From Flaccisagitta enflata (lineage: Eukaryota), in contig OZ231126.1 of the NCBI GenBank assembly GCA_965153355.1, positions 20,894,001 through 20,958,000 of the forward strand: DNA of 64,000 bases, read 5' to 3'. The position numbers and the translations under genes were made by a program. The notes below the pieces were generated by a model that was not told the origin of the DNA, did no database searches, and saw only the letters and a list, made by a program, of their open reading frames with translations. Shown here piece by piece: positions 39,076 to 53,233 of this stretch. Each line of letters starts with the position of its first letter. The first letter of the stretch is position 1.

Positions 39076-41122
39076 TACTTCTTTTTTACTACAGTCTTCT
39101 TTTTGACTTCTCAAATTTCAATTCTTTTCAATGCAAAATGTTTCAATTATTCAACTGTTCCTTAGTGGTTAAAAATCAGTCGCTTTGCCAAACATTTTGT
39201 CAGTTTGGCCCAATTTCGCCACATTTTTGTTGAAATTTGATTTAAAAAGAAAAAAAAAAAGATAAAAAATAAAAAACCAAAAAAAAAAAAGTTTAATCTT
39301 TTACAATTTGCCCAATTGTTCTATGAAATTTATTCTGTCTTCTGTTCCTTAGTGGTTAAAAATCAGCTGCTTCGCCAAACATTCTATCAGTTTGGCCCAA
39401 TTCCGCCATATTTTTGTGGAAATTTGATTAAAAAAACAAAAAACAAAATAAAACAAAAAAATAAAAAAATAAAAAATAAATAAAAAAAACAATAAAAAAA
39501 AACAAATAAAAACTTTAGTAAAACACTTATGCTAGGTTGCAAGTACTGGAGGCGGAAGATTGAGCCCTGAAGTGATAAAAGCTTTGTATAATCTGTTGAA
39601 TTTAATGGACATTGTAGTACTCTACTTTGGAGATATGGACATAAAAAGACACAAAGTAATCATTTTATCAAAGGTATCCTGTTAGAAAAGAATGATTGTA
39701 TTAAGATTCTGAGGACTTACTTCATTTGATAATCTAAAGTGAAACATGCGAGAATCTGGTAATTTGACAATTTTGATGATTTTGGCCTATTTTTGGTAGT
39801 AACTACTTTTTAGCTATCTACATGGGAGAATATGATAAACTGAACTATTCTATGATGAAATAAGAGTAAGAGGCGGTATGTTATGAATGATTCCAATGTC
39901 AATACTACCATTAAACTCAATTTACAAACAATAGTAAAACATGTAATTTTGGCGATTTTCACGATTTTCACGATTTTTGCGGGTTTGACACCTCAACTTT
40001 GACGCATTTTGGAGGATTATTCCTCAATACCTATGGACTAAAAAAATTTTTCCCTCTTTTATACATTTAATAAACCCTCAGAATCCGGAGTTCTGTAATG
40101 ATTTTCCAAAAACATCACTCTATGACCCCCTCTATTGCACAGGTACACGTACGACATTACACGCATAGATACAGTGTACACGCAAACGCTAGCCCAAAAG
40201 CAGGGGTGTATAAAATTGAGTATTCCCCCAAAAGGTTTGGAGATGGGGAAGAAAATCAAAAGTTTAAAAAAAAGAAAAAAGAAAATTTTTTTAAGATCTA
40301 ACACTTTTGGTAGTACCAAAATGTAAAAAACAATTACTACAACACAATTTAACACTATTTAAACACAGAATATACTGTTTAATAGCTTTGAGGGGAAGAA
40401 AATCAATGATTTTGTTACGCTACGCGACGCGTTGCGGGGAAGAAAATCAAAGGCAGGGGGGGGGGGGAATAAAATCAAAAGCCGCTCAACTATATACACC
40501 CCTGCCCAAAAGTCATCGTTACTACATACTAGTTAAAAAATGATTTGTGCATATGTACAAAAGAACGATTAGATAAACGGACAGAGCCTTAAACAGTATT
40601 TTCTCTGTTTATCGCCCCCTCAATTTTTTTTGAAATTTATATGAATTACTGATAATCTAGCAGGGCTTTCAATGTTTATTCTTGGTTGTTTCGCATGATG
40701 AGAGTGAATGACGTATAACCCCCCCCCCCCCGTCCCATTGCGTTTTCGTCAACTCAAACATATCTGGATACGACTTTAAATTTGCGTTACATTAACGGAT
40801 CATGTTTGATTACGTATTTGACTATACCTCCTCAAGTCTCCCCTCAGGTGAATCAGAATTTTTTCTCACCATCACATTTACCTCCTAGTTGTACCTGCTA
40901 GCCTGATTGACCCCGTTGTCCGGTGCGGTTTTGGGTGGATTTCTGGTTTGCTTGGGTTGGCTTATTGCGCAGATCGCCTGATCGGTCGGTCTGTCGGTCG
41001 GTTTACTACGTTCGTCGGCCGAGTCTCTTCGGTGCAGCGACGTCAGCGTGTGAAAAATGCGGGATGAGCAAGTTGATCAGAAATGCTTTTAAGAGGCCGT
41101 TTGGAGGAGATCGAATGAGTGG

Positions 41123-41185
<63 letters not shown>

Positions 41186-41230
41186 AAAGGAAGAAGGAAA
41201 GAAAAGAGAAGAAAAAAATAGAGAATAAAG

Positions 41231-41435
41231 CAAGTGACCGGAGTCACAATATCGTTGCGAAAGGATGGGCAGGGGCATCCTACCCCGATCCATAACCCGT
41301 GCCCCTCTCACCTACACAAAAAATCATCTAAAACGCTCATTTTCGCACTTTTCGACTCGTGTCCATAGACCGACGCGACGTACCGACGGACCCACGGACG
41401 GACAAAGCCTCTTATAGAGTTGCGTGTCCGCAACT
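41231..41435 (-). mobile_element. HINE-like element, GATATTGTGAC...GTCACTTG 3'-end subfamily (relatives at ~8000-8222, 20033-20225, 24181-24415)
   Basis: 5' hairpin AGTTGCGGACACGCAACT, (GTCC)n core, 3' GTGAC..GTCAC hairpin. Confidence 0.7.
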
Positions 41436-41585
41436 AAAAACAAAAAAGAGAGTGAATGAAGGAATGAATGGAAAAATGAATGAACGGATAAATGATTGAC
41501 TAATTGAATTATTGATTGATCGATTGATTGAATGAATGAATGAAGAAAGAATAAAGAAAGAAAGCAAGAATGAAAGCGAAAAGCA

Positions 41586-41669
<84 letters not shown>

Positions 41670-41688
41670 CAGAAAGAAAGAAAGAAAA

Positions 41689-41723
<35 letters not shown>

Positions 41724-41745
41724 GAAAGAAAAATGAAAGCGGAAC

Positions 41746-41784
<39 letters not shown>

Positions 41785-41864
41785 AACGAGTAAAACGAAT
41801 GAATTTATTGTTGAGGGTTAGAAAGTAACCAAAACAAAATTTTACAAAATCTGTCTCTCTGTCA

Positions 41865-41993
<129 letters not shown>

Positions 41994-42226
41994 GCGGTCA
42001 TGAGAGTGACGATGTTGCCGACGTTCGGCTCGGCTGACCTCCACAAAGATGAAAGGAAGCCGACACGGAGATAATTGACAGACCAATACCATAAAACAAA
42101 AGAAGTGATGTAGATAATGAATTTTCCTAAATGGCCCACTTTGAGCCTAGTCAATCTTTCTCAATCTCTCTGGATCTGTCTCTATCGTTGCGTCTGTCTT
42201 CTGGTCTGTGGGTGTCTGTCTGCTTC

Positions 42227-42321
<95 letters not shown>

Positions 42322-42574
42322 CTCTCACCACAGCTATTTCTCTCTCAGCCTCTCCCCCTCTTCTTCCCCTCCACCTTCCCTTCTAAACCTTCCATTAGCT
42401 AATGAGATGTTTTTTTTCTCCACGCACGTTTGCGCTTTTTCCTAAATCCTTTTTTTCCCAGATCTTCCTTCCGGTCAAATGCAGATTTTACAACAGTCAG
42501 TTATTAGTTAGTTAGTTAGTCTTAAGGTTAGCAAGATGCGTCATTCTAACAAAAGATGGGAACGTGGTATTTTT

Positions 42575-42712
42575 TAGTCGCGGACACGCGACTCTATACC
42601 TTGCTGTGTCGGTCGGTAGGTCGGTCCCTTAACCTTTTAGAATTACGGGCGATTTTCGCACTATTGCTCCTGCCCAACCGTCCGCGACTGGATTGTCGTG
42701 TATCCGGCCTTG
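42575..42712 (+). mobile_element. HINE-like element
   Basis: TAGTCGCGGACACGCGACT...GTCCGCGACT...GTGTATCCGGCCTTG in a T-rich site. Close relatives at ~30259..30393 and ~34450..34590. Confidence 0.8.
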
Positions 42713-44220
42713 TTTCTATAGTATATCATTTTTCTACATTTTCAAAGGCAGCAAAGTTTCAGTCTCTCTCACTGTCTTTCATGTGCGAAAACATGATGAT
42801 ATACACATTCATATCAGTACACTGTGCTCATGTTCATACCACATGGTTTGGGAAAAAAAGCGCTTAAAAATGCATCCATTTTACGCCAAGGATGCTAAGC
42901 CTGAAGGTCAATGGAGGATAGGGTTACCACAATACACTCCCCCTCCACTCTCCTAGAATCACTTTCCCTTCCCGGCATAGTATATGAACTGACAAGATGC
43001 ACATTCTTAGCCTGACTGCCCAAAGCATGAAACAGATGGCCCTCACTCTCGAAATGATGCACGGACCGTCGGTCACCGAAGCATGGAACAATCATCCAAG
43101 AAGGACCAATCATCTAAGAGGGACCATCTTCACAGACGGACAAATTACCATATGTGATCGAGGATTGGAGTCTAGACGAGAGGCTGCAGCAATTCATGAT
43201 TACCCACTCGGACATTTTGGCCTCTCGGATTGGACAAGGTGCGCGCGCGCGATTTGAGAGAGGGATTAGCCGATTGAGCGGGCACACGAGCGAGGAGGAT
43301 GTATGGTCAAGCGTAGATAAATTGACACAAGTTCTCTTCTTTTGTTCGGGCGCGAGCTAGATGGTGGTGAACATGAGGGATTATACGGATAAAAAAGAAT
43401 TAAGATACAAAGTCAATGGTTGAGGGTACACATCACTGATGAATGGTTTTAGGGGTAAGGTGAAGGAATGACCACTCTTGGGACATCTGATGAATGAAAC
43501 ACAAATCAAATACTGTTGGGTTGATATCCATGGCTTATGTTCAGGTGGACAATAACAACATTATCGCTGAATCTATACTAACACGATAATCCATATACAA
43601 GCGGAAACAGATACTTCCGCGAAATTTTCTCCTGTGCGTTCGTGCTCACGTTCATTTAACCGTCCGCTCGTCCCTCCGTACGTCCGTAATTTGCTGATGG
43701 GACCATGTCCATTTTCTTTGTCAAGCTCAAACTTGCCTGCGTTACGTTGATTTTTTTATTTTCACTCGGCGAAATTTAGACAAGCGTCTTTTAATGACAG
43801 TGACAGTCCGTCTTGAGAACAGAGCTGCCAAATGGAATCCACATGGACCCACACTTTTCCAGCATTTGACAAAATGTTGATTGGTTTCTTACAACTAGAA
43901 ATTTGAAAAAGGGGCTCGGATGTTTCAGCTGGCGATTTTGTATGATGAAGCCCATAAAGTAGTAAAGTGCTTTTTGTAGCTTGAGCCATTTCAACAAAAA
44001 TGGGCTCATTCATAAATAAACAGAAAGAAATGGACAAATTCTCTTGATGTCTTCTGAGAATTACGAAATGCTTGCAAAGACGAAGTAGCTACAATTTCTT
44101 TTTCCTCTTTCATACAAAATCAAAACCATGGGAACAATTCTAAACCATGCGTGAAATACTCAATGTTTTCGACGATTTGGGTAATGTATTGGAACTCTCT
44201 CTCTCTCTTTCTCTTTCTCT

Positions 44221-44312
<92 letters not shown>

Positions 44313-44615
44313 GATCTTCGCCGACCATTTTACGAAAGGTAGAGCGCGGGACTCGGCGCGGTGAAGTGTGGTAATGGACGTCTGGACTCGGCCCAAGTTG
44401 GACGGTCCCAAAAGTGTGAGATCGATTGGTTCGTCTGTCTGTCGGACCGCCGGGCTAAAAAGGAAGAAGAAGCAGCTCCGGACATGGTTAGCCGAAGGGC
44501 CTCCGACTGACCCCAAGCGGGTCGGCATTGCCATTAAGAGATGCCTTCATTGTCTCGCTCCCCAGTGGCAACACCTTTGTAGACGCGGAATATGAGGGAA
44601 AACTATCTGAATGAT

Positions 44616-44651
<36 letters not shown>

Positions 44652-44779
44652 TTTCTTACCATGTCCTGCGGTGAAGTGGCCTTTTTATGTCTGGAAGGCA
44701 ATCGCCAATCGTCGGAAACGATTTGGATATGGAAATGTCTGAAACTGTCGATGTTTCGCCTCTCATTTAGCCGGTGGCT

Positions 44780-45120
44780 CGTCTGATGAGGCTGATGAGG
44801 TTGTTGTGATACGGGCAATAGTCTGGAGAAGACGGTTCTGGTGTTCTAATATGGCCCGTGACTTGTGTATAATGATGTTGTAGGTCGAGTGGTTTGTCTG
44901 ATGAGACTGATGAAGTTGTTGTGATACAGACAATGGTCCTGGAGAATTCTGTGATGGTTTTCTATCATGGCCCGTGACTTGTGTCTAATGATGTTGTAGG
45001 TCGGGTGGTTTGTCTGATGAGGTTGATGTGGTCCTAGGAAAAGAAGCATTAGTCTGAGGCGAAAAACAGTGGTACTCTATTATGGCGCTCGACATGAATC
45101 TAATGATGCTGCTGGTCGCA
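44780..45120. repeat. ~116-bp tandem repeat, about 3 diverged copies
   Basis: GTCTGATGAG..TGATG recurs at ~44781, ~44896 and ~45012; ATGGCCCGTGACTTGTGT.TAATGATGTTGTAGGTC occurs twice. Confidence 0.8.
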
Positions 45121-45487
45121 GCGGCGCGTCTGCTGAGAATGTGGGGAGAAGAGACGGGGGGGGGATCATGTTTGTTTCTTATGAGGTTTTTTTTTCAGAT
45201 GCGATAATATGCTCATCTCAGTAATCTGACTCATTGTTTGTGTAATGACGTTTACGTGTCAGTGGAGTCTTTTGACCATTTCATTGTCGAGTGTCTTGAA
45301 AATTTGTACAATCATGAATTATGTTGTCATTCAGCCGTTTGTTTTATTACGCTGACGTTTGAGCATCCCACCGGTGCCAATATTGTGCGATTGATTTTGC
45401 ATTCCGACAAAGGTAAGATATCAAGCCTTAGTAATTTTTTGGCCGATTTGTTTTTGCTCAGAGAAGGACCGGCAAATCAAATTTTTA

Positions 45488-45521
<34 letters not shown>

Positions 45522-46470
45522 AAGAAAAAGAGTGCGGTCGGTATATTTGTGAGGGAGAATTGAGAAAAGAATGAGACAAGTGGGTGCTGTAACAAATGGG
45601 CGTCATATCTGGCTTTATCCGCCTTGCAAAGCATCTTGCGATATCCGTCAAGTGGTTCACACACGAATCATACAAAACGCTCCCAATATTTTCCTCCTCC
45701 ATTTCTTGTTTTGATTTCAGACAGGCGGTACTTTTCCAAAGGTCCTGTTGTCTAACTCCTAATTTTCTGAGTAATAAAATAATGAAGAGAAAAAAGAAAG
45801 ATACTGCTCCTCTCGGTCAGTCTCTCTTCCTACTTTCTGCCCTCTCTTTTTAGACTTAGTATTACCTTCGCTACTTGTCCCTCATTGTCTCAGTATCTTT
45901 TTCTGTCTGTCCGTCTGTATCAATATGCCTCTGTCTGACTGATTACTAATAGTTAGCGTCAGGCTCTCCTTCTGTTTCTTTTTCTTTCTCTGGCTTGTCT
46001 CCCTTTGTGTTGCTCTGTCTCTGTCTGTCCGCCTTTCTGTTTCTTTTCCTTTCTCTCTCTCTCTCTGTCCCTCTGTTCCTCACGTTTTTCAACCCCCTTA
46101 ATTTCATCTCGGTAGATGTACATCTACCCTTAAATCCCCCTCCTTCACCTTTTATTTCTCTCCTAAACAATGTATGACAGAAAATAGACAACCTGTAATA
46201 AATCATTTGGACTTTTTTTGATCTTGTTTGTATTAGGCAGTGGGAAAAACAAGCTTTTCATCTGAAATCTCGATTGTTTACCAATATTTTTTCCCTTCAA
46301 CTTCATCTTTGATCCGTTTTATGACTTGAATGAAATATAAAAGCCTCGTGTTTTCGCGATAGGGAGAATGTTTTCTGGCCCACGGACGCCCAGATAATAT
46401 CTAATAGAAGGAAGGGGGAGAAAGGGAAGAGAATCTGAGAGGGAGAGAGGGGAGATAGAGAGCGAGATAA

Positions 46471-46527
<57 letters not shown>

Positions 46528-46563
46528 CTAGAAAATTGAACACCCCAAAAAATCATGCAAAAA

Positions 46564-46757
46564 CAAAGGCCGGATACACGGCTACCGAAGTCGCGTGCGG
46601 GTGGGCAGGGGCCATATTTGAGGTCACCAGACCATTTGTGCAGGAGAAGTGAGGTCAAAGAAAGAAATTAAAAAAAAAAATTCAAGTGTGGCCAACCGAC
46701 CGACCAACCAACCGACCGACGGACAAAGTGGGTTGTAGAGTCGCGTGCACGCGACTA
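46564..46757 (-). mobile_element. HINE-like element
   Basis: On the - strand: TAGTCGCGTGCACGCGACT...GCACGCGACT...GCCGTGTATCCGGCCTTTG. Confidence 0.8.
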
Positions 46758-47335
46758 AAAAGCGACCAGCTAACGGACCGACAGTCTGACATAGCGCCAA
46801 AGAAGATCCGAGCTATTCACTTCTTCATGTCGCTGTCCCTTTAGCGCCAAGATTCTAATTTCCTTTATCTCATTTTTCTACCAATGTACTGCCAATGTTC
46901 ATCTATTGGGCAAGATTTTGTTTTATTCTTTTAACGCACAAGCAAGGAGAATATTGACATTGTTATCCGCAATAAAATCGTCCAAATCAATGACAATTTT
47001 TCCTATGCCGAAAGCACCAGTTATCAATCATCACTGCGGATCAACGCTGTTTAATAAAAATTTGTATATAACGGACAATGATATTGTATAAATTGAAAAA
47101 AAAGCTACTCAAGTGTATTTTATACCGTCATCGTAACTGTATTGGTCTCAAGCCATCAATCATTTGAAGTGATTTTTCATGTCAATCATTGCAATACTCG
47201 AGCCGCACAATAAATCTTCTAATCTCATCAAATTTGTTTACAATTGAGTCCATTTACATCATTTACTGATGATAATTAGAGTCAGAACATGTTTAATTGT
47301 TTATCTCTCTCTATCTCTCTCTCTCTTACTTTCTT

Positions 47336-47523
<188 letters not shown>

Positions 47524-48283
47524 ATATTATTTGTAAATCAGAATTGCATGACATTTTTCCAGCTATCCCAGTACCCTTTGTCACTTCCCTGCCTGCCATT
47601 TGCTACTCGCCTCCAGAAAGAAAGCAACGATGAACCGAGCTAACTGTATAAAACAAAACAAGGACACGACGATGAGACCGTCCTTCTTTATATATCAACC
47701 TGTCGCGTAATTGAGCGGCGAATGTAACGATGATGACATCGATGAAAATAACGATGAAGGTTACAACAAAGACGATGATGACGCTAAAAACGATGACGAT
47801 CCAACAACTCCCAACAATGACGATAATGTGCTAAAATAATGGACGACGGCAATAATAATTATTCTTCGCCTCGTTACATGACAGTCAAGGGACCCGAACT
47901 CGGAGATGATGAGTCTCGTAATGACAAGTGACGACTGACGAGGAACAAGATTAAGTCGCCCACGATGACGTTATGAAAGATGGAGAAGATGTCATATTGG
48001 CCACCCTCAGATGCAAACGTCCATTGTCCTTGAGGTGGGTAAATTGGGAAGAAGGCAAAGAGAGAGAGAGGGAAGAATGAGACATGTAGAAAAAGAGACA
48101 TAATGCAATGAATACTGGATAAAACTTTGGAATAGAAAAGTAGAGGAATTGTATTGTATTTGGCATATAAGGAGGAGGAGATGTATTGGAAGAAATGAGA
48201 ACATTGTGTAAAATAGAAACTGGTACGGATAATGTGTGAAATCACCGTTCGGCATGGAAAGCTAAAAAGAACCCTAAGATTTT

Positions 48284-48422
48284 TAGTCGCGGACAAGCGA
48301 CTCTATAAGAGGCTTCGTCCGTCCGTCGGTCCGTTGGTGAGCACGAGTCGAAAAGTGGAAAAACAGCGTTTCCGCCCCTGCCCACCCGTCCGCGACTGGT
48401 ATTGGCCGTGTATCCGGCCTTG
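48284..48422 (+). mobile_element. HINE-like element
   Basis: TAGTCGCGGACAAGCGACT...GTCCGCGACT...GGCCGTGTATCCGGCCTTG between T runs. Confidence 0.8.
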
Positions 48423-48662
48423 TTTTCCATTGGGGTCCATTTTGCTAAACAAAGTTTTTTTTTTCTGCAAAAAACAAGCATTTTAACCAATAAGCGAGAA
48501 CTGTTAATGCAAAATAAAAGACGAGCTATCAATGTTAAATATTTTTTACGAAGTTTGAAAACAAGGCTGCCAATTAAATTTATCACATAAGACGATAGGG
48601 GGGGGGGAGTATTTACGAGCCTATAAACAAAGTTAATGAAGGAGAAAGAGAAGAAAACAAAA

Positions 48663-48739
48663 AGAAGAAGAAGAAGAAGAAGAAGAAGAAGAAGAAGAAG
48701 AAGAAGAAGAAGAAGAAGAAGAAGAAGAAGAAGAAGAAG

Positions 48740-48828
<89 letters not shown>

Positions 48829-48900
48829 CCACATTAACAACAACAACAACAACAACCACAACAACAACAACAACAACCAGGACAACAAAATCAACAACGA
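48663..48900. repeat. (GAA)n-(CAA)n compound microsatellite
   Basis: Direct reading. Confidence 0.98.
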
Positions 48901-49256
48901 CCAGGACAACAAAATCAACAACTAGACAAAGAAAAAGAATAAGAAGAGTATTTAGAAGGCAAAGACGATGAGCGAATGAGACAAAGAAAAAAAGAGGAAG
49001 ATACAAAATGGGTTCTTTGTTGCCACCCTTCGAAGGCCTTCTCCTCTTCTCTCCGATTCGCGTTGATATGCGATGGAGTAATGACCCAAGCTCATGTCTG
49101 ATTGAAGGGGAGTGGACTTTAAATGAATGGGTGTAACTTCAAATGCTCAAAGCTCAATCTTGAAAAAAAGAGGTTGATCTCAGTAAAGAAAAATAACATG
49201 TGAGAAGTGCCGTTTCATTTTGAAATTTTGGTCTACGTTTTTTAAAAAGAAAAATA

Positions 49257-49287
<31 letters not shown>

Positions 49288-49523
49288 GAGACAGACAGAG
49301 AGACTGAGACTGATTGACAAATAAACGCGCGGATAAAGATTGAAAGTCAGCGAAATAATGTTAGATAATTAGCTAGGTGCATATGGGAAAGAAGCTTGTG
49401 TTACCAAGATCGTTTCGAGGCAAAAGGAAATTGAATGTTAATAGCAAACTTGAAATGATCGTGTTGCTAACGATTAAGATATAGTCTTTTAGAAATGATT
49501 GCGTGTCAGAAAATGATACAAAT

Positions 49524-49576
<53 letters not shown>

Positions 49577-50004
49577 AGAGTGTCGGAAACTGTTAATAAA
49601 ACAAATTGGACTTGATCTTTCTTTTAACATGAGAACACACTCCACATTAAAAAAAAAATTGATCAAAAAAAGCAAAGTGTTTAACTGCCGACGATTATCA
49701 ACTGCTAAAAAATCGACTTGATCTCTCATAAAATCCGTAAAAATCAGACCCCAAGACTTAAACATCGGGGATTTTTAACGGTAGAAAGAGAGGATGTAGT
49801 CCAAGTCCAGCTCTTTTCTTTCTTCTCTCTCTTCATTTTTTTATAGTACACGTTGCGTCTGTGTTCTTTTTAACGCTAAACTTTTCATAAGAGGACAACA
49901 TTGTACTTTCCTTTGAGCCCTCAACGTTTTTATATTTTTCACGATAGGATTTTATACATTTTATTCTTTTTATGTTGTAATCTTTTCTGAAAATCCCTCC
50001 TTCA

Positions 50005-50104
<100 letters not shown>

Positions 50105-50257
50105 GAAGGGATATTTTTATTCCTCTTCACCTCCTCCTTGCCGCCAGGGGACGACTTTCAAAATCGTAGCTGCCCTTCCTCCTCCTTCTCCTCCTCGACT
50201 TTGCTCTTCCTCTTCCTCCTGAACGTCCATTTTCCCTTCCTCCTTTCTTCGTTTCTC

Positions 50258-50355
<98 letters not shown>

Positions 50356-51075
50356 TCTCGTTGGCATGCCTCTTTAATGCTTCTAACGGTCGGTCGTTGG
50401 CTCTACCAACCTTTTTAGTCTCTGGACCACGAGCTTTTTACTCTTTTTACTCCTTTGGCGATTTTTACTCCGACAGAAAAGAAAAGAGGAAAGAAAAAGA
50501 AAAGAAAAAAAGAAAAAGAAAAGAAAGCCTTTAAAAACTTACGACCCGTGAAGAGAGTCAAAAAAGAAAAAGGGGCTTTAAAATAAAGGCAGAAAGACAT
50601 TCAACAGAAAAAAAACTGTAAAAGATAAAAAGAAAGAAAAACAATTAAAAACAGAAAAGAATAAAGGGAAACTATGAAACGGGAAATATGAAAAAAAGTT
50701 TTTCTCTTTCCTCTCCTTCTTTCTGTTTCATTCTCTCTCTCTCTGCTAAAACTCTTTTTACTTATTTTACAATCTCAATGCCAGCCAGCAGCTACGCAAT
50801 AGTATTAAGGAGCTCAAGATTGAATTAGAAATACGTCAAAGAGAGAAAAGGCAAAGCAAAGCAAAGAATGAGAGTCAATCTCGACCAGTCGTAGAGAAAG
50901 AATAAATAAAAGTCGTAACATTCTCTCTCTCTCTCTTCTGTCTCTCTTTTTCCTTCTTCTTCTTCTCCTTCTTCTTCTTCAACAACACGAATGTTAAATT
51001 CTCTCTCGGCCTCCTCCTTTACTCGTTGGTCCAAACTCTCATCTCGAAAACCCACACACTAAAACGCTCTCTTCT

Positions 51076-51126
<51 letters not shown>

Positions 51127-51198
51127 GTGTATTAATTGCGCAATTTTATAACATTCTTTATTACGTTTATGACGATTTTTACGAGAGAAAAAGTTACG

Positions 51199-52015
51199 AT
51201 GTATTCGGTGTCATCGTCAATGGCGGCCGCCGCCGCCGCCGCTTGCGTCCTCCCCGGCTTGCCTGGAAACGCCGCCGCCACCACCAACCCTAATCTTCAC
51301 CACCCTTCTTCGCACCAATATCCCTCCTCCGCCTCGTCATTATCCCCGCAAGGTCATCATCATAATCCTCACCATCCTGCGTCACACCACCACCCTCACC
51401 ATCCTGACCCTCATTCTCATCACCTCTCTCATCACCAGCACCCCCATCACCCTCAAATTCCTCCATCATACAATCCCTTTTCTTCCCTGTCCACTGGAGC
51501 CGCTCCTCCTCCACCTCCTCTTCCCCACGGCACAGCCGGGGGATTGGGCGGATTAGGGGGCGTTTATCCTTCCCATTTTTTCAACAACTCTTCATCGTCT
51601 TCTTCTTCCTCCTCGTCATCATCCGCCTCCTCCGCTTCCTCCGCCTCCTCCTCCACTTCCTCCACCGGGGTCGTTTCCGGATCTTCCGGCGTCGTAAACG
51701 GTCATCATCCTCATCATCCCCATCAGCCTTCGTCATCCTCCAATCCTCCGCCGGCGTCGGGGTCGTCTACTCTGACTTCCATGCCGGCCTCCAATTTGCC
51801 TGCCCACGCTTTGGGCGCCTGGAACGCCCACTCCAACCCTCTGGGCCACGCCTCCGCCTCACCGGAAGTCGCTTCGCCGCCGCACCATCAAATCCATAAT
51901 GGAAACAACAACAGCAACAGCAACAGCAACAGTCACAATAACAATAGCAGTCAAAACAACACACCCACTCTTTCTCACTCTAATGGACATCAGCAGCAAC
52001 AACTTTCACCCATGC

Positions 52016-52074
<59 letters not shown>

Positions 52075-53233
52075 CCCAAGTCGTCCTTAGTCGCCACGCC
52101 CACGACGCCGTCCTCGATGCCACCTCATTTGGCGGCGTCAACGCCTACCAATGGCGCCGGTTATCCTTGCTCTCCGCTTCCCGGCGCCGAATATTCATCC
52201 GCGTGGACTTCTTTTCAATTTCCACCGCCTCACCACAACCACCACACAAGCAGCGGAGGTGGAAACACCAGCCACAACAGCCACAACGGCGATGTTATCG
52301 AGCCATCCAACGTCAAACATTCTCCTTCCTCTTCAACTTCGCTTCACGGCGTGTTTTTGACGTCAACCGGCAAAACGACAACAGCAACAACGACCGGCGA
52401 TAGCTCGAGTCCACTCACCGGAAATGACAACGCCATTACAAGCAACGTCAACGGCAGCCTTCACCAACAGAGACCCACGACAAACTCTAACGGGGTGTCT
52501 CTCAATGGACTCTCGACCACGATTAGCAACGCCAGCACAACCGGCGGCGCCAACCACATCCACAACGGCAACAGCAACTTCAACGGCGGAATTGGCGCTG
52601 GCGTGAGAAGCTCGACGTCGAATCTCAACGGCACATCGACGAGCGACTCCGGAGCCGAAATCGTGGAAGAGATCGAAGACATTGACGACGGCGACGATCG
52701 AATGACGCCGCTGGACGACGACGATCTCGACGCGCCTTCGGACCGCAGCGCCACTTCCGATTTGGACAAATCCGGTCTTCAACATCATCATTTCCAACAA
52801 CAACAGCAACATCAACAGCAACCAGGCGGCGGGGATGGACAACATCAACACACGAACCTCAGTTCTCTCACGCCGCCCGGATTGCACCCGGCTTCCAACG
52901 CCATGGACGATTTTTACAACGGCGCCTACAGTCATTACGGCGCCGCCGCCGCCGCCGTCTCCTCCGCTTCCGCCTCCATGCTTTCCAATTACATGGCCTC
53001 GGGCGCCGCCGCCGCCGCCGCGCATCATCATAATCCGTGGACATCGGCGGCGTCGGCGATGAACTCCGCCGCCGCTGCCGCTGCGTCGAATCCCTACGCC
53101 GCCGCCGCTGGCGGATACAGCGCCGCCGCCGCAGCCGCCGCCGGAGTGACGCCCAATTTCTACTCGCAGGCGAATTCTTCTTTGGCGTCTTCCTCGTCAT
53201 TGGGCTCCTATTTCGGCAATCCTCTCGCTGACG
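51199..53233 (+). CDS. Posterior (Abd-B/Hox9-13-class) Hox gene, coding exon 1: low-complexity N-terminus (poly-A, poly-S, His/Pro-rich, Q20, acidic patch). Model: join(51199..53233,60631..61046), ~816 aa; alternative in-frame ATG at 51169
   Basis: 2.1-kb GC-rich open frame (ORF 51136..53274). It ends at a canonical donor GAC G|GTAAG (53233/53234, phase 1) that is in phase with the homeobox exon acceptor. Composition is typical of a transcription-factor N-terminus. Confidence 0.85.

Larger units (their letters stand above)
36628..40134. mobile_element. hAT-superfamily DNA transposon (internally deleted) with ~800-bp terminal inverted repeats
   Basis: Termini TAGAGGGGGTC...GACCCCCTCTA. Perfect 8-bp TSD TTGCACAG (36620-36627; 40135-40142). 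Arms 36628..~37440 and ~39300..40134 are reverse complements. Confidence 0.9.

Noticed and set aside
42997..43257. EAWNNHPRRT resembling an integrase-type transposase motif
   Set aside because: Single short motif with no other recognisable motifs or element ends.
44780..45030. CTGATGA motifs suggesting hammerheads or C/D-box snoRNAs
   Set aside because: No stem II/GAAA, the C-box is imperfect and the C-D spacing is too short; explained as a tandem repeat.
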